64,000 nt of DNA, taken from the NCBI RefSeq assembly GCF_009914755.1, contig NC_060931.1; one strand, written 5' to 3'. The DNA comes from the human T2T-CHM13v2.0 reference genome, Homo sapiens. Below the pieces are notes generated by a model. That model was given only the letters and a program-made list of their open reading frames with translations. It was not told where the DNA came from and searched no databases. Made by a program: the position numbers and the translations under genes. This document shows, in pieces, positions 51,460 to 64,000 of this stretch. How positions within the stretch are numbered: position 1 is the first letter of the stretch; each line of letters opens with the position of its first letter.

Positions 51460-52623
51460 TCATCCTTCTCTCTCCTTGCACCTCCTAGAGACCCTTAACA
51501 GAGGCCTCTCTTTGCTCCTCACTTTTGATGGGAAAGAAGTAGATTTGGACATCGGCTGTCCTTTGGGTAGAAAGAGACCACAGATTCATTCCTGAAACAC
51601 AGTGACTGCAAATGTAGGTGGTGAAAACAATCACGTCCCACTGCCCTCTAGGAGGGCTCGGAGCCAGCTCACTGCTCGAAACAGGGAGTGGGTGTCTTAG
51701 CCTTGGCCTTCAGGGCAGACATGCATCTTCTATAGGTCTTGGGGGCTGCTGTGCTGCCCACATACATGAGGTTGTCATGGGCAGGAAACATGCCTCTTTT
51801 TCATATGTTGGGGCATCTGGAAGGTCTGAGGCTACATCCCCAGTAACATCTTTCTTCTGAAGCCTCTTCTATCCCTGTCACCTTGGAAGTTTCTGCAACA
51901 AAATATCAAACCTCTCTTCCTGTTTGAAGTAAAGGTCTGTGCAACTTTTGTGGTCCTTACGTGATAAAAGCAATCATGATAACAATAAGACTTCATTTCT
52001 TCTGTCTACTTTAAGCCAAGAGTATCCTTCATTTTGTTTCCATTTGCCATTGCTGCTGTTCTGATACACACAAGCATGCATTCACCACTGCTGCCGGTTC
52101 ACCTTGATTCGCTCAGCAAATCTGATTATTAGACTCTCGAGTGTTTTCATTGCTGTCAAACTCATTTGATTTGAAATAAGTTTCCTGAGGCCTTGAACTC
52201 AAGAGGTGTTTTACTTATAATATTGAATCTATTCCTTTTTAATTTTCACATTATATATTGTTATATAGTACTTGTTATAAATAGAAGTACAATGATTATA
52301 TTGCAGTAGAATCTTCCACCTATCTGTGGGTGATGCTGCAGTTTGTATCCATGAAAGTGAATGCACTGGTCAGAGATCATGTGATCATGGATCATGGGTT
52401 TCTGAGAGTCCTCAGGGACAGGCCATTTCTCCAAGTGTGGGGACTCGGTGTCCCAGATGCAACCCTGATAGAGGTGCCCTGAGTCTTTCATAGCTAGGAG
52501 GGGCATCATAGTCCTTCCAAATTCACTGATCAGAAATTGTGGTGGTACAGACACCAAATTTCTTTCCCCAGAGAATGATGGTCACTGAGGTGGAGTTGCT
52601 CTGGACCCATTTTTTCTTGTGTC

Positions 52624-53107
52624 ATCATCAAATCGCTTCTTGCTCAGGTGCCCTGTGTCTCCTGGGACTGAGTAAGGCCAGCACACAGATGGGAATTCCC
52701 TGTCTTCTGAGACCTTCTCTCTAACTGCTGCCACTTTCCTCTCCGTGACTCCTGAGACACCTGGTCCTAACAGTGGACAAGCTGTGACACTGAGGCTGAA
52801 CAGAACACAGTCCACTGTTGTAAATGGCGCTGCAAGAACTTGTAGCAAAAGTGAGCAGGGCTTCCAATTTATACTGAGAATGAACATGCAACAGGAGCAA
52901 GGGGCAGATGTTTCTAATGAACAAATAGGAAGGAATAGGGTTTCTGCTTTATTGAAATCATTCTGTTGTCTTAAGTAAAGCAGGAGAAACATTTCATTGC
53001 AATTACTCTAAGTCAAAGGCTAGCAGCTCCCAACCAACCAGCATAACTCTTTGCTCTGTGATCTCGGCAGCTTCAGAGGACTCAGAAATCCTTTCTCTGC
53101 ACAAACA
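52624..53107 (+). pseudogene. Decayed TRBV relic A, copy 3
   Basis: CSGALCLLGL + GTAAGG; RHLV; SGQAVTLR..EQGFQFILRMN..GADV; LAAPNQ. Confidence 0.55.
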
Positions 53108-53569
53108 TCCCTTTGTCCATTCCAAGATTCAGGATCACACACTGATCCTATCATGAAAACAATGAGGTGTGCTATAGTTGCTGTGGCCTCATTTTTAGTG
53201 TGTTGAGCAGGAAGCATTGAAGAACTTTGAAAGCTTTGCTCTTGAGTCTAGGGATGTGCTGGAGCCAGCTTGAATGACTCAGAAGAACCAAATAGGCATA
53301 CTACTCTTCCCAGCTCCCCTTTCAGTGAAGCCATGTTGGCTGCTTGAAGTCTGTCATGGTGGGTATGCTGGTACACCACAAATTGGGAAATGCTACCAGC
53401 CATGCCCCCACCTTCACAGACACCCAGTATAGCAGCATATCCCTGGGGTATTTTCTGATGTCCCTGTTATGCCATTTCTTGTGGGGCCAAAAGGGCTCAG
53501 AATTCACCTCCCCTCTACTCCTGCTCTGAGAAGCCATCATCTAAGTGGGCCTCAATTGTACCTATTTCT

Positions 53570-54013
53570 ATTCAACCTCTAAATTCTCTTGCTCTGTAGC
53601 TCTGTGTCTCCTACAAGCATGCCAGTCTGGAACATGACAACTATTTTGAATGTAACTAAAGGTATCACTGAACCAGTTCATTATTTGCAAATTATCTTTC
53701 CTTGCATGGAATATTCAGATGCTGGAGTCATTGGGAACAGAGATGGCCAAGCAGCAACTCTGGGTTGTGAACCACATACAGCCCCGCTATTCTTCTATGT
53801 CACCGACAGACCCTGAAACAAGGACTATTTTGCTTTGGAGACTAAGCAGCTCCCCACCAGTCAGGAATGACTCTGCTTTTACTTTAGGCTGAGAGGTCAG
53901 AAGGATCATGCCCTCAGTATTCTCCTCTCCAAGACAGAGTGTGGCCACTCTCCATCTCAGTCCCTGGAAGTTGTCCAGAGTTCCCTGAGAATCCCTGCTC
54001 TGGGACAGAATCA
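53570..54013 (+). pseudogene. Decayed TRBV relic B, copy 3
   Basis: EYSDAGVI..GQAATLGCEP; CAGAGTT-22-ACAGAATCA. Confidence 0.6.
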
Positions 54014-55430
54014 CCAAGGCTCATCCTCACCAGCTCCCAACAGGCTCCAGCAGGGCTTTCCTGCCAGGTGCAGGGCACAGGAATGGCTCTGCCTGTCTCT
54101 TAGTTAGAGGGAGGCCATGCAATGATGTTTGTATAAGAGGGACTGGGATTCTGGGTCTCCATTAAAGTATTTGATAACATTTTCTTTGTTTTTGTTTTAT
54201 TTGGCCATCTCACCAATTAGGACAGCAATCCCTTTACAGTTATATTGTTCTTGGCACTTGGGAAGGTTTTTGTGGTTAAGTCACATTAAGAAATTGTGCC
54301 TTTTTTTCCTGTTCAGATATAACCCAAGGCAGTGAAAGAAACAACAATAATTTTGAAAGCAGTTACTTATGCATCCTATGATAAAGGTGTTAAGTTTCAT
54401 TGCCCACATCTAACTTTCAGTCTAGTGGAAATGAAAAGTCACAGTTAGGGGGCATGTGAGCATGCCCTGAGAGAGGCCGATGCCAATTGAGAAGTCTGTG
54501 CCAATCCCCAATACTGTGAGATTGAAGGGGAGGGAGAGATGACCTCTCTTTCAGACCATGCTCAACAAGGAGGGAGAGGGATTTTCATCCATGGGAAGCT
54601 GAGGAGGAGCAAATCCCAGGGTCCTCTAACTCAGGGTGCGGGAACAAATCCTTGGAGAGGAAAATGGTCCAGTTCAGCTGTCACAGGAGACAGGAGAAAG
54701 CACAGTCATCTAATCCACAGTCCCCTGGCTGATTTGCTTCCTTATGATGCTATTTTGTACCAGCATGTCCTCATCTCCCGCTGCTCCTCTGCCTGTTTCA
54801 GAATCATCTCTTCCGTGTTTGGTGCTCAGATCAGTGGATGTGCATTGTACAAGCTGATCATTTCCTGTAGCAGCCCCTTTGCTAGTCTTAGCTATATCCA
54901 TCCTTAGTTTCTACATTAGGTACTGCTCCCTCCACCATTGCTTATTGCCTTGTAAGAGGTTTCATTTTATATATTTCAATTTTACTTTTTATTAATAGAC
55001 ATTTGACTTCATCTTTTGCTGATCTATACTTTTGGGGTAACATTGTCATTTTAGGAGGATGTGTTTGTTTATCTTTAGTGATTCACATTAAATAATCTCT
55101 TTATACCTCAACGTCTGTGTTTTCTTACTATTTAAAACCAAATATTATTTTCTTTCATTCCTCTCCTTCTATTCCTCTTTCTTTAGATGGTAGTTTAAGG
55201 GAGAAAAAGTTAAACTATAACTGGAGATATTTGTTAAGAGTTTTTCAGAATGACGGTGGGATATTAAGATTTTGGTAACTGAAAGCAATAGTCAGGGTTA
55301 GAACTAGTGTTGGTATGATGATTTAGGGAAGCTGCTCATAACACCTGCGGGACGGCACTTGTGGAATATTCTGCCGGCTCACTCAGCAGACACTTCCCAG
55401 CGGAAGAAATAATGATGAAACTTCACTTAT

Positions 55431-55449
55431 TGGCCACAAGATGGCACTA
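55431..55449 (+). promoter_or_regulatory. CTCF-like motif, unit 3
   Basis: TGGCCACAAGATGGCACTA. Confidence 0.55.
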
Positions 55450-57343
55450 TGGTCCACTGGGCTCTGGGGAGTCTGGGCGAGCAGTCTAGGAGGGAAAGGG
55501 TTAAGAAAAATTAGGGCTTGGATCCCATATTATGCAGATGTTGCAGCAGTTTTCAGTTATTGCTAGGCTACCTACAGCTATGCAAGAGGCGGGAAGTCCC
55601 TGTAATCTTTAGTGACATCTACAGTTGAAGAATTTTTGCCTTCGTATCAGGGGCGGGTGCAGAGGAGCAAATGCCTCAGAGGAACATTGGAAATTGTCTG
55701 ACCAGGCAACAGCTTTAACCTGCTTGAGTGATCTGGGATTCTGCAAGTTCATAAGTCTTACTGATAACATCACCTTGGCTGAGATTCCATTGGACACCAA
55801 GTATGTGTTCTCTGGAGGGCAAAAAATATTGAGAAGTTCTAAAACACCTAAGTAAACAGACTACTGAAGGAAAATGTTAGTAGACACATCAAACTGTGCT
55901 GTTAGAGCTGAATATAATTGACTAGAAGAATTATCAAAAATAGACTATAAATAAGTCACTACTAAAGTATTTGTGGGCATAGAACAGTGTTTGAGTCTTC
56001 TCAGGGTAGATTAAGGAAGAAATTCAGCTATTATCCTCATGACCTTGGCTTGGATGAAAATGCATGGACTCCTCAATTTATTTTCTTGTAAAATGTTACA
56101 GAATAATATTGAGCAAACATTTTATTTTTCTCCAGCCTCTATCCCTCTTTAGCACTTACAGGTAGAGCAGACACCTAGAGGCAAGGTTTTTTAGTTGGGA
56201 TCCATTAACTGCAGGACTGGAGATCCACAGCTGGGCTTTACAGGGATTGCAAACCCCACATGCAGGGAACCCCGTGTGTCTGCGCTGTGCCCAACTCCCC
56301 TCTGTGAGGCTGCCAAAGGCGGAGGGCCGGGTGTCCCAGGACCCCACTCACAAAGAGGGGAGCAGGCTGCTTGCTGGGCAAAAAAATCACTTCACCAATT
56401 GGCCAATCTGTTGAAAGCCAAAAAGAAATGAAAGTCTCAATTGTGAGACTGATGAATGCCCAATTTCCCAAGTTATGAAACGGATAGCAGCTCATGGTTC
56501 TCAGAATGATTTCAACAGCATATGAAGATATTTTTAGAGAGCTTTTGTTTGTCTACAGCTTTCCTTGATATTGATCCTCACTTGTTTTTCAGCCCACTCA
56601 TCACTTGAGCTTATTTTGTGGCCAAATTTCAATGTTGTCTATTTCAGTCACTGAGCACTTCTCACATTCTCCAAATCTTACACAGCTATGTGTGTTCCTG
56701 TCTTTTCTTCTTTTTGTGTGATTCATTTTTAAATTGGGCTGTGCAGAATACAAGCATACATTTGTAAATGACTCCCATCTTTTATGCAATTTAGCTGTTT
56801 AATTTTTAGTAATACTTTTTATTAAGGTATAATTAATAGAGAGTAAAACACAAATATTAATAGAAGGACATCCTGGTACATTTTGACAAATGCATACGCC
56901 AGTGCAATAGTAACTGAAATGATTATAAAAAAAATTTCCGTCACTCAAGAAAGTGTCATCATGCTCCTTTCTAATCAATTTCTATCCCAGGGATAAAAAC
57001 TTTTCTATGTGTATCACTGTTGAGTAGCTTTGTCTATTCTTGAGCTTCATATAATGGAATCATATTTTTATTGAATTGTTTTTCTCCAAAATTAGTATTT
57101 CTGAAGTATATTCATATCGTTGTATCAGTAGGTCATTCTTATGACTAATATTCCATTGCATAAATATACTACAACTTGTTTATCCATGCTCCTGTTGATG
57201 GATATCCATGTTACTCCTGTCTTCAACTATTATGAATAAACTTGTTGTGAACATTTTTGTGGAATTCTTCCTGTGGACATATGCATTTTTTTTAAAGAAA
57301 TAGACTTAAGAGTGGAAATACTGACTCATAGTGTAGATGTGTG

Positions 57344-58085
57344 TGCTATGCTTGCATGTCCTCACAAAATCTCATGTTGAAACTTGTCAAGGTAATGGTA
57401 TTGGGAGGTGGGACAGCTATGACTAGGGTCATGAGGGATCTGCCCTCAGAAACAGATCAATGCCCTTTATTGTGGGAGTGAATTAATTATCTTGGGAATG
57501 GTCTTCTGATAAAAAGGATGAATTCAGTCATTTTCTCTGACTTCGGTGCTTGCTTCCCCTTCCTTCTGTCTTGGATAACAGCAGGAGGCCCTCAGCAGTT
57601 ATTGCCCTTCTATCTTGGACTTCTCAGTCTCCAGATCTATAAGCCAAATAAAACTATTGTCTTTATAAATTGCCCATTCCATGGTATTTCTCTATAGCAG
57701 TAGGAAAGAAATTGAAAGAAAATATGGTACCTGAGAGTGAGGCTGTTGCTATAATACCTGAAAATGTAGAAGCAGCTTTGGTTAATGGGAAGTGGCTAAT
57801 GGATAGAGGCTGAAAGAATTGGGAGGAGCAGACTAGCAAAAGTCTAGATTCCTGAAAACAGAGCATAAAGGGCAATTCTGGTGAAGGCTCAGGGGGAAAT
57901 GAGGAACAAGGTATTGAAAATCGAAGTAAATGCCATCCTTGTTGTAAGTAGCAAAAACCTTGGCAAAATTGTGTCCTGTTCTAGAACTTTATGGAATATA
58001 AAAATTATGAGCCATTTGCTAGTATATCTGCTGAAAGAAATATCTAAGAGGCAAAGCATTCAGGCTACTGTGTGACTACTTTTAG
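57344..58085 (+). mobile_element. MaLR (MST-like) LTR + internal fragment, unit 3
   Basis: Paralog of 20385-21120. Confidence 0.7.
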
Positions 58086-58699
58086 CCACCAGGAAATTTA
58101 ACCCAGCAAGAAGGGAGCCATGGGAATAGATTTTGCAAACCAGCACAGATGGTGACTCTACCTCCCTCTGCTGTCCTGTCTCCCATAAGCCAAACTCTGT
58201 GCTGTGAGCTGTTAAAGTCCAAGAATTATTTCTGGGGAATCTGTACTCTTAATAATTTACAGACAACACAGGTCTGCTTTGGATCTGATCAGACAGACTA
58301 AATCTTGGGGACTGTACCAGTGGCCACTGAGAAAAGGGGCTCGGAATGTTGTCTTGGATAGAAAAATATAATAAGAAACATTGGTGTGAATCTAGCATCA
58401 GAAAGATGACGTGAGGACAGCAAGGAAGAGCTGGAAACTGAGGTTTACTCACAGGCTCCTCACCCTCCGCTGATGGGCAGGTGTGTGAGCTCCAGCATGG
58501 AGCACCACAGCACTAGGTGGGAGAACGGTGATAGGGTGATGGGGCAGCCTGTGAGCTGGGGCAGTGTAGGCAGAGGAGGAACTGTATCACCACAGAAACT
58601 TCTGCCTTCACACATCCCTCCAGCTAGGCAGGACAGGTAGAGAGTCCAGTGTCCTGGAGCACTAGACCTAAGGAAGGCTGCATGGGGAGGACAAAGGAC

Positions 58700-58709
58700 A
58701 GTGACATCA
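58700..58709 (+). promoter_or_regulatory. TRBV promoter decamer of TRBV5-6
   Basis: AGTGACATCA. Confidence 0.8.
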
Positions 58710-58815
58710 CAGGATACCCCTCCCATCAGGAAAATCAAGGCCCAGAACTCACTCGGCTCTTCCCCAGGAGAACCAAGCCCTGAATCAGATGCAGTGCTTC
58801 CTGTCCCTCTGTGCC

Positions 58816-59281
58816 ATGGGCCCCGGGCTCCTCTGCTGGGCACTGCTTTGTCTCCTGGGAGCAGGTGAGTCCTGGGCACAGGACAGCAGCCCCATTCTCA
58901 GCTTTCCCACCCCTGTGTCCTCCACTTTACCTTGGGGAGGACCTCCAGGCTGTCCCTGTGCTCATCCTCCATCTGCTTTTCCCACAGGCTTAGTGGACGC
59001 TGGAGTCACCCAAAGTCCCACACACCTGATCAAAACGAGAGGACAGCAAGTGACTCTGAGATGCTCTCCTAAGTCTGGGCATGACACTGTGTCCTGGTAC
59101 CAACAGGCCCTGGGTCAGGGGCCCCAGTTTATCTTTCAGTATTATGAGGAGGAAGAGAGACAGAGAGGCAACTTCCCTGATCGATTCTCAGGTCACCAGT
59201 TCCCTAACTATAGCTCTGAGCTGAATGTGAACGCCTTGTTGCTGGGGGACTCGGCCCTCTATCTCTGTGCCAGCAGCTTGG
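58816..59281 (+). CDS. TRBV5-6: TCR beta variable segment TRBV5-6 (leader 58816-58864, intron 58865-58987, V exon 58988-59281)
   Basis: MGPGLLCWALLCLLGA|GLVDAGVTQSPTHLIKTRGQQVTLRCSPKSGHDTVSWYQQ...YYEEEE...YLCASSL. Confidence 0.96.
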
Positions 59282-59320
59282 CACAGCCCATCAGAGTCAC
59301 TGACGTTCTGTATATAAACT
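59282..59320 (+). other. 23-RSS of TRBV5-6
   Basis: CACAGCC + 23 nt + ATATAAACT. Confidence 0.9.
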
Positions 59321-60524
59321 TCCTGCCTTAGCTTTGCCTTGAGAGCTGCAGGCCCCACCCAGATTTCACTCCTTCAAGGGAAGCTTTTAGTTGTTTGGAA
59401 GGCATGTCTTGTGTCCTACTGAGGGCAGAGCTCTCCCAACCAATAAAGCCCAAGTTTCCTGTGTCCTGAGTGTGCCCACTTCTGTGCTGCATCTTCTTGC
59501 AGCTTGTCACCTCAGTACAAGAGTGACTGCTGAGCCCCAGATGTGTGCTTGATTATTTGCATTTCTTACATAGCTTAATGCCTTTCAACAATCTTGCACA
59601 TCAAACATTCTTATTCTTCCTTTACAGATAGAAGGCTCAGGGACATTGAGTCATTTTCCCCAATGTCTCTTGGCTTGTAAGGATCAGAAGTAGGAAACAA
59701 ACTAGTCCATCCATTTTCCACCTACCCCCCTGCTCCATCATCATCTTCTGCATCCTGGTCAGTAAATCAGAGCCCTCACACTGCCGTCTAGTGACCAGCA
59801 GGGCCGCAGTAGAGGCTGAAATGTCTTCAGGGGTCATTACTATGTCCTTTTCATTAGCTCCTTTGAGGAATGTTAAATTTCACACATTTTAACAATCATT
59901 TATATGCATTCCCTTTGTCTTTCCCCAGTCTGCAGCTTATATTTTCATTTTTATGGAGTTTTTGGTGCACAAGAGCTTAATTTAATGCAACAAAAACTAA
60001 AAACAATTTTGTTTGTGTGTAGACAAAAACCACTTTTTCATATAAATGTCTAAGCATATTTTTCTCAACTTATTCTACTAAAATTTAAGTTTGGATTTTC
60101 ACCACTAAGAATAAATGTACCTGAAATACATCTCATGTAAGAAATAAGATACAGACCTAGGAATGGGAGGGAAGGACATATATTCAGTGAAGAAACAATA
60201 GCTTGTCAAAAAGAGCCCTAAGTGGACACCTGGAGCTGACGGTGGAGAGGTAGGTGGAGGGCAAATGAGCATGAACTTTGTCAGTCTATTGTCTTGTAGA
60301 AGAAAGACAGCCAGGAGCAGAGACCATATGGGTGAAGGTTTATGACTTGACTGTAGGTTGAAGGTTGCAGCAGGTAGAGGGAGAATTGCAGGCAGAGGGC
60401 AGAGTCACTGGCTGGCAGGGGCAGTGGCATCATCAGTTGACTCTACTGACATCTAGGATTTATGTCCCCAACACACAAGCTGAAAAACCTCCCCACAATT
60501 TCCCCATTTTTCCCTGACCCTACC

Positions 60525-60977
60525 ATGACCACCAGACTCCTCAGTGGTGTGGCCTTTTGCCTACTTGGGGCAGGTAAGATCTTTAAAGCCTTTTCCTTGG
60601 CTCACCACATCCCAGCTTAAGCCTTTACCTCAGGTCTCCATTATTGGGGTCCCTCCTTGGGCACTCATCTTCCTTCTATCATAAACCTCACAGAAGCTGG
60701 GACAATCAAATCCTTAAGATTCCAGAGAACAAAGGCAGTACATGAAGTGGCACGGAGATGCCTGAGACTGTCATCCATGACTACATGTGTAGGTGTTAAT
60801 AGGAGCTGAACCTGGTGTACAGCTGATCTGTCCCAGCCCGCAATACAGAGAAATCCCTGAGGGTCTGTGACTTTCTCTCAAAGCCAAATATGTGGCCTTT
60901 GTGTCAGCCTCTCCCAGACCTCTGTGCCCTCTTGCACCAGCAGTCACCCCACAGCCACCTTCCTCTGCACACAATGT
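60525..60977 (+). pseudogene. Decayed TRBV relic C, copy 3 (intact ATG leader, mutated acceptor)
   Basis: ACC-ATG MTTRLLSGVAFCLLGA|GTAAGA (60525-60573); acceptor ATAG changed to ATAA (60681-60684); CACAGCC-12-ACACAATGT (60950-60977). Confidence 0.75.
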
Positions 60978-61884
60978 TCAGTGGAAGATATAGGTGGCCT
61001 TGTCTTCACGAGACCATGTTCTAGGCAGTGGAAGACGTTTTCCCATAGGAGTCTCCCCAACACTGCCCAGGCTGGGGCCCTCAGATTTCTGAGCATCCCT
61101 GTGCATGGGAAACTCTGCCCTGTGTTGAGCTTCTCTCCCAGGCCAGTCTCAGCTGGACGAGGGAACGCACATCACAGTGATGTGAGCAGTTGCCGCCTCT
61201 CTCCCAGGCCCCTCCTCCAGCTCTGGCCTCAGAAGTCCTCTTCTTCACTTGCTCTCAGAAAGGAAAGTTCATTTGAAATTGTATATTTGCAGACAGCATT
61301 GACAACTTTTCCCCGTCGGCCTTCACAACTCCATCTTCCCCACACCATGCTCATGTCAGTCCTCAGCCTCCTCCACATGATGTCTGCTCCCAGCTGTCCT
61401 CTCCCTCTGCACCTTCACCTCCACGTCAACCACAGATGCCTCAGTTCAGGACATTCCTCATGCATCATGCTCCTCCCACCAAAGGCCTTTCCACTCCATG
61501 CTGTATTCTCTGTGTCAACACAAGTCTCTTCTTCTTTGTTCTTGCTCCAACTGTCAGTTTATCTACAACCATCTCTAGGGAGACACTCCTTCAACAGTTT
61601 TCCTAGGCTGCACCTCCTTATTGTAAATGCTCACAGCTTATAATATGTATTAAAATTCATAGATTTAGCACCATAGTCATTTTCCATGACTTTGTGTGAC
61701 TATTTAATTGACACTACTCTTGCATTCTAGACTGTAACATGCATCATTTTACAAATTGTGGATGTTTTGTTCCCCATTTTATTGTCAGGACCAACAGCAG
61801 TTCCAATCTTGAAACTGGCCAATCTTGAAAAATGAAGAGCAGATATTGAAAGGCCGTCTGAGTACCCACTTAGATGTCTGGACG

Positions 61885-62200
61885 CATTAAATCGGAACCT
61901 CTATCCCTTCATCTCCTAGGATCAAATGAGTCCTGGAAACAGATGAGAAATCCCTGTCATGGATAAGTAACTGGATCCAAGCCTTTCTGCACGACTGAAT
62001 TTCCTATCTGCCCTATCGCCTTCCTGCCTAATCTCCTCCTTCAATCTCCTTCCCTCACAGGTGTCCTGGATTTGGGAGTCTCACAGACACAGCGCACCTA
62101 ATCACTCTGAGAGAGTGATCAGAAACATAATGTCAAACACTGACATTAAAAGGTCATGGAGAAGAAAACAAATGGCTTCCCCATGCTCTTATGGAGAGTT
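61885..62200 (+). pseudogene. Decayed TRBV relic D, unit-3 copy without the Alu
   Basis: CCCTCACAG|GTGTCCTGGATTTGGGAGTCTCACAGACA = GVLDLGVSQT, then HLIT. Confidence 0.55.
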
Positions 62201-64000
62201 TTCCCAAGGCACAAATATCTCTTTGGGTGGCTTTGAGGTCATGGTGCCTGACACACTGAGCGATATTATGGGTGTCCATTTCCATGAATTGGTGGGCAAT
62301 GTCAGAGACACAGAGTTCATGGTCACCAGCTTCCTCCAGCCCACACCTGATTTTGGTGCAGGGCGCTGAGCAGAGACCTTTGCTTGTTACCCTCCTTTGC
62401 CAGTTAGGAAAGGCTGATTGAGAGGCAGAGGCTCCATTTACAGAGCAGGGCTATGTGTTAGTCCCTGAAGAATTGTGAGAGCCATTCTGGGTGGAAATAA
62501 TCAAATATACAATCCCCAAGAATGGCCCACGGATAGACAGAAGTCCCAATTTTGCCAGAATGATTTGCATCTATGCTTTGAAGACAAATGCAGTTTTATC
62601 TCTTTAGGCAATAAAGACCAAAAATAGACTAGTTATTTTAAATAATTGAACCTTAAACAGACCAAAGTCAGAACATCTTCCCTAGGGACAGCATTTTCTT
62701 CCACCCACTCACTAAAGCTGTATTTGAGAAAGCAGTGTGCTGTTGATAAACGCTGGAATATCGTTACAATCGACATTGTAATAATACTGCTACTTGGATC
62801 AGAAACAAAGAGCATTTCTAAAGCTTGAACAATGTAAAACTGGAAACGAGCTCTCACTGAGTTTGGAAATGCAGGCACTAGAGGGTGCTCATTTCTCTTC
62901 CTTTTCCAATCGGGGGCTATTCAAAGGCTGTTCTAGAACAAGGGGTGAGATCCTCCACTTCCCCGTGGTGATCAGGCTTTCACAGGTAGAAGCCTTATTA
63001 GTTCATAATCAGCCAAGCTGACCTCACCATCAAATGTATCGACCTCGATGCTCACCCTCCTCAGCAGTCAGAGACTGGCTGTGTTCACCAGGAGCTCGTG
63101 TGTTTTTACGGAGCACACTTTCTCCTCGGTTTATTAAAAACAAATGAGCCTTTATACGGGGTTCCATAAACAGAAGCTTTCTGTACTTTGCCCATTTAGA
63201 CACTGCAAATTCTGATGCCTGATGAAAAGTGTAAACTTAAAGCTTGCATGTCGTTAAGATTTTTTAATAACCAATTTAAATAATATATATAATGAAAATG
63301 TCAATAATGCTCTCGAATCCAATCCCATGTTCCATTGGTAACCAATATTAACGCTCTGGTGTGCTTCTTTTCACCCCTCTTTTCTGTGTTCATGCACACC
63401 TTTCTACCCAAGTACACCTACAGAAAATGGGTTCACCTGTACACTTTAACTGCCAAATGTGTACTCTTTTCTGTATATCTTGGTCTTTATTGTTCCAGAT
63501 TGGTTGATATAGATCTAACTTGCTCCTATTATCTGCTTCATATTGCATAATGAGGGTAGACAGGTACATTCATGCTGTATTGTCTGTTTCCTAAATTCTG
63601 CCAGATCTTTTCTAAAGTGACCAAATGGCATCTTTACGCTTCCAGGTTCTCCTCACCCCAGCACCCAGTTGATGATTCCAGCTTTTCCATCACTCATAGT
63701 CCTGGCAGGTCTGAGAGCTCCATTTGGTTTCTCCTGCATGAGGAGACAGGGAGGGATAAAAGGATAGACCTTTATCAAACCTACCAGAGACTACATGGTA
63801 TCTCAGTTCATCCTCATAAAGCATTGAGGGGAATGCTAGTCTTGTTTTATAGATGAGTCTAGATGAGGCTAGAGTCCAGGAAATCAATAAATAGCCTTGC
63901 CCATGGTCTCAGAGCTAATAAATGGTGGAGGCAGATGAAGGGCAGTCGGCTTGCTTCCATGTGGAATTGATAGAGGGGTCACTGGAGTTTGAGGGAGGGG

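Larger units (their letters stand above)
45721..64000 (+). repeat. TRBV6-7-5 tandem homology unit 3 (runs to the window end)
   Basis: Collinear with units 1 and 2. Confidence 0.85.

Noticed and set aside
60867-61643. 258-aa ORF and the similar ORFs at 23928 and 43538
   Set aside because: Non-ATG start, broken differently in each paralog, only overlaps the end of relic C, and has no coherent domain.

Overview
This is human genomic DNA from the T-cell receptor beta (TRB) variable-gene cluster in germline (unrearranged) form; all V segments are on the + strand. The window opens in the last 58 nt and RSS of a TRBV12-family segment (TRBV12-2 by locus order). It then holds three tandem ~18-19 kb homology units, each TRBV6-TRBV7-TRBV5: TRBV6-5, 7-4, 5-4; TRBV6-6, 7-5 (frameshifted pseudogene), 5-5; TRBV6-7 (conserved Trp replaced by Arg), 7-6, 5-6. 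Each has a 49-nt leader exon, a GT-AG intron, a V exon and a 23-bp-spacer RSS, which I located by hand. Alu, L1, MaLR-LTR and microsatellite repeats lie between the genes. Most ORFs in the supplied track are spurious. This is a well-studied locus and I see no new biological system in the strict sense. The less obvious content is: (i) about five additional decayed V-gene relics per unit plus a TRBV4-like relic; (ii) one relic whose RSS spacer is exactly 12 nt in all three copies; (iii) indel and Alu markers that give conflicting unit relationships; (iv) repeated CTCF-like motifs; (v) frame quirks in TRBV7-5 and TRBV5-6. Gene names rest on recognised protein sequence and gene order, not a database search. 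Repeat subfamily calls and relic boundaries are approximate.
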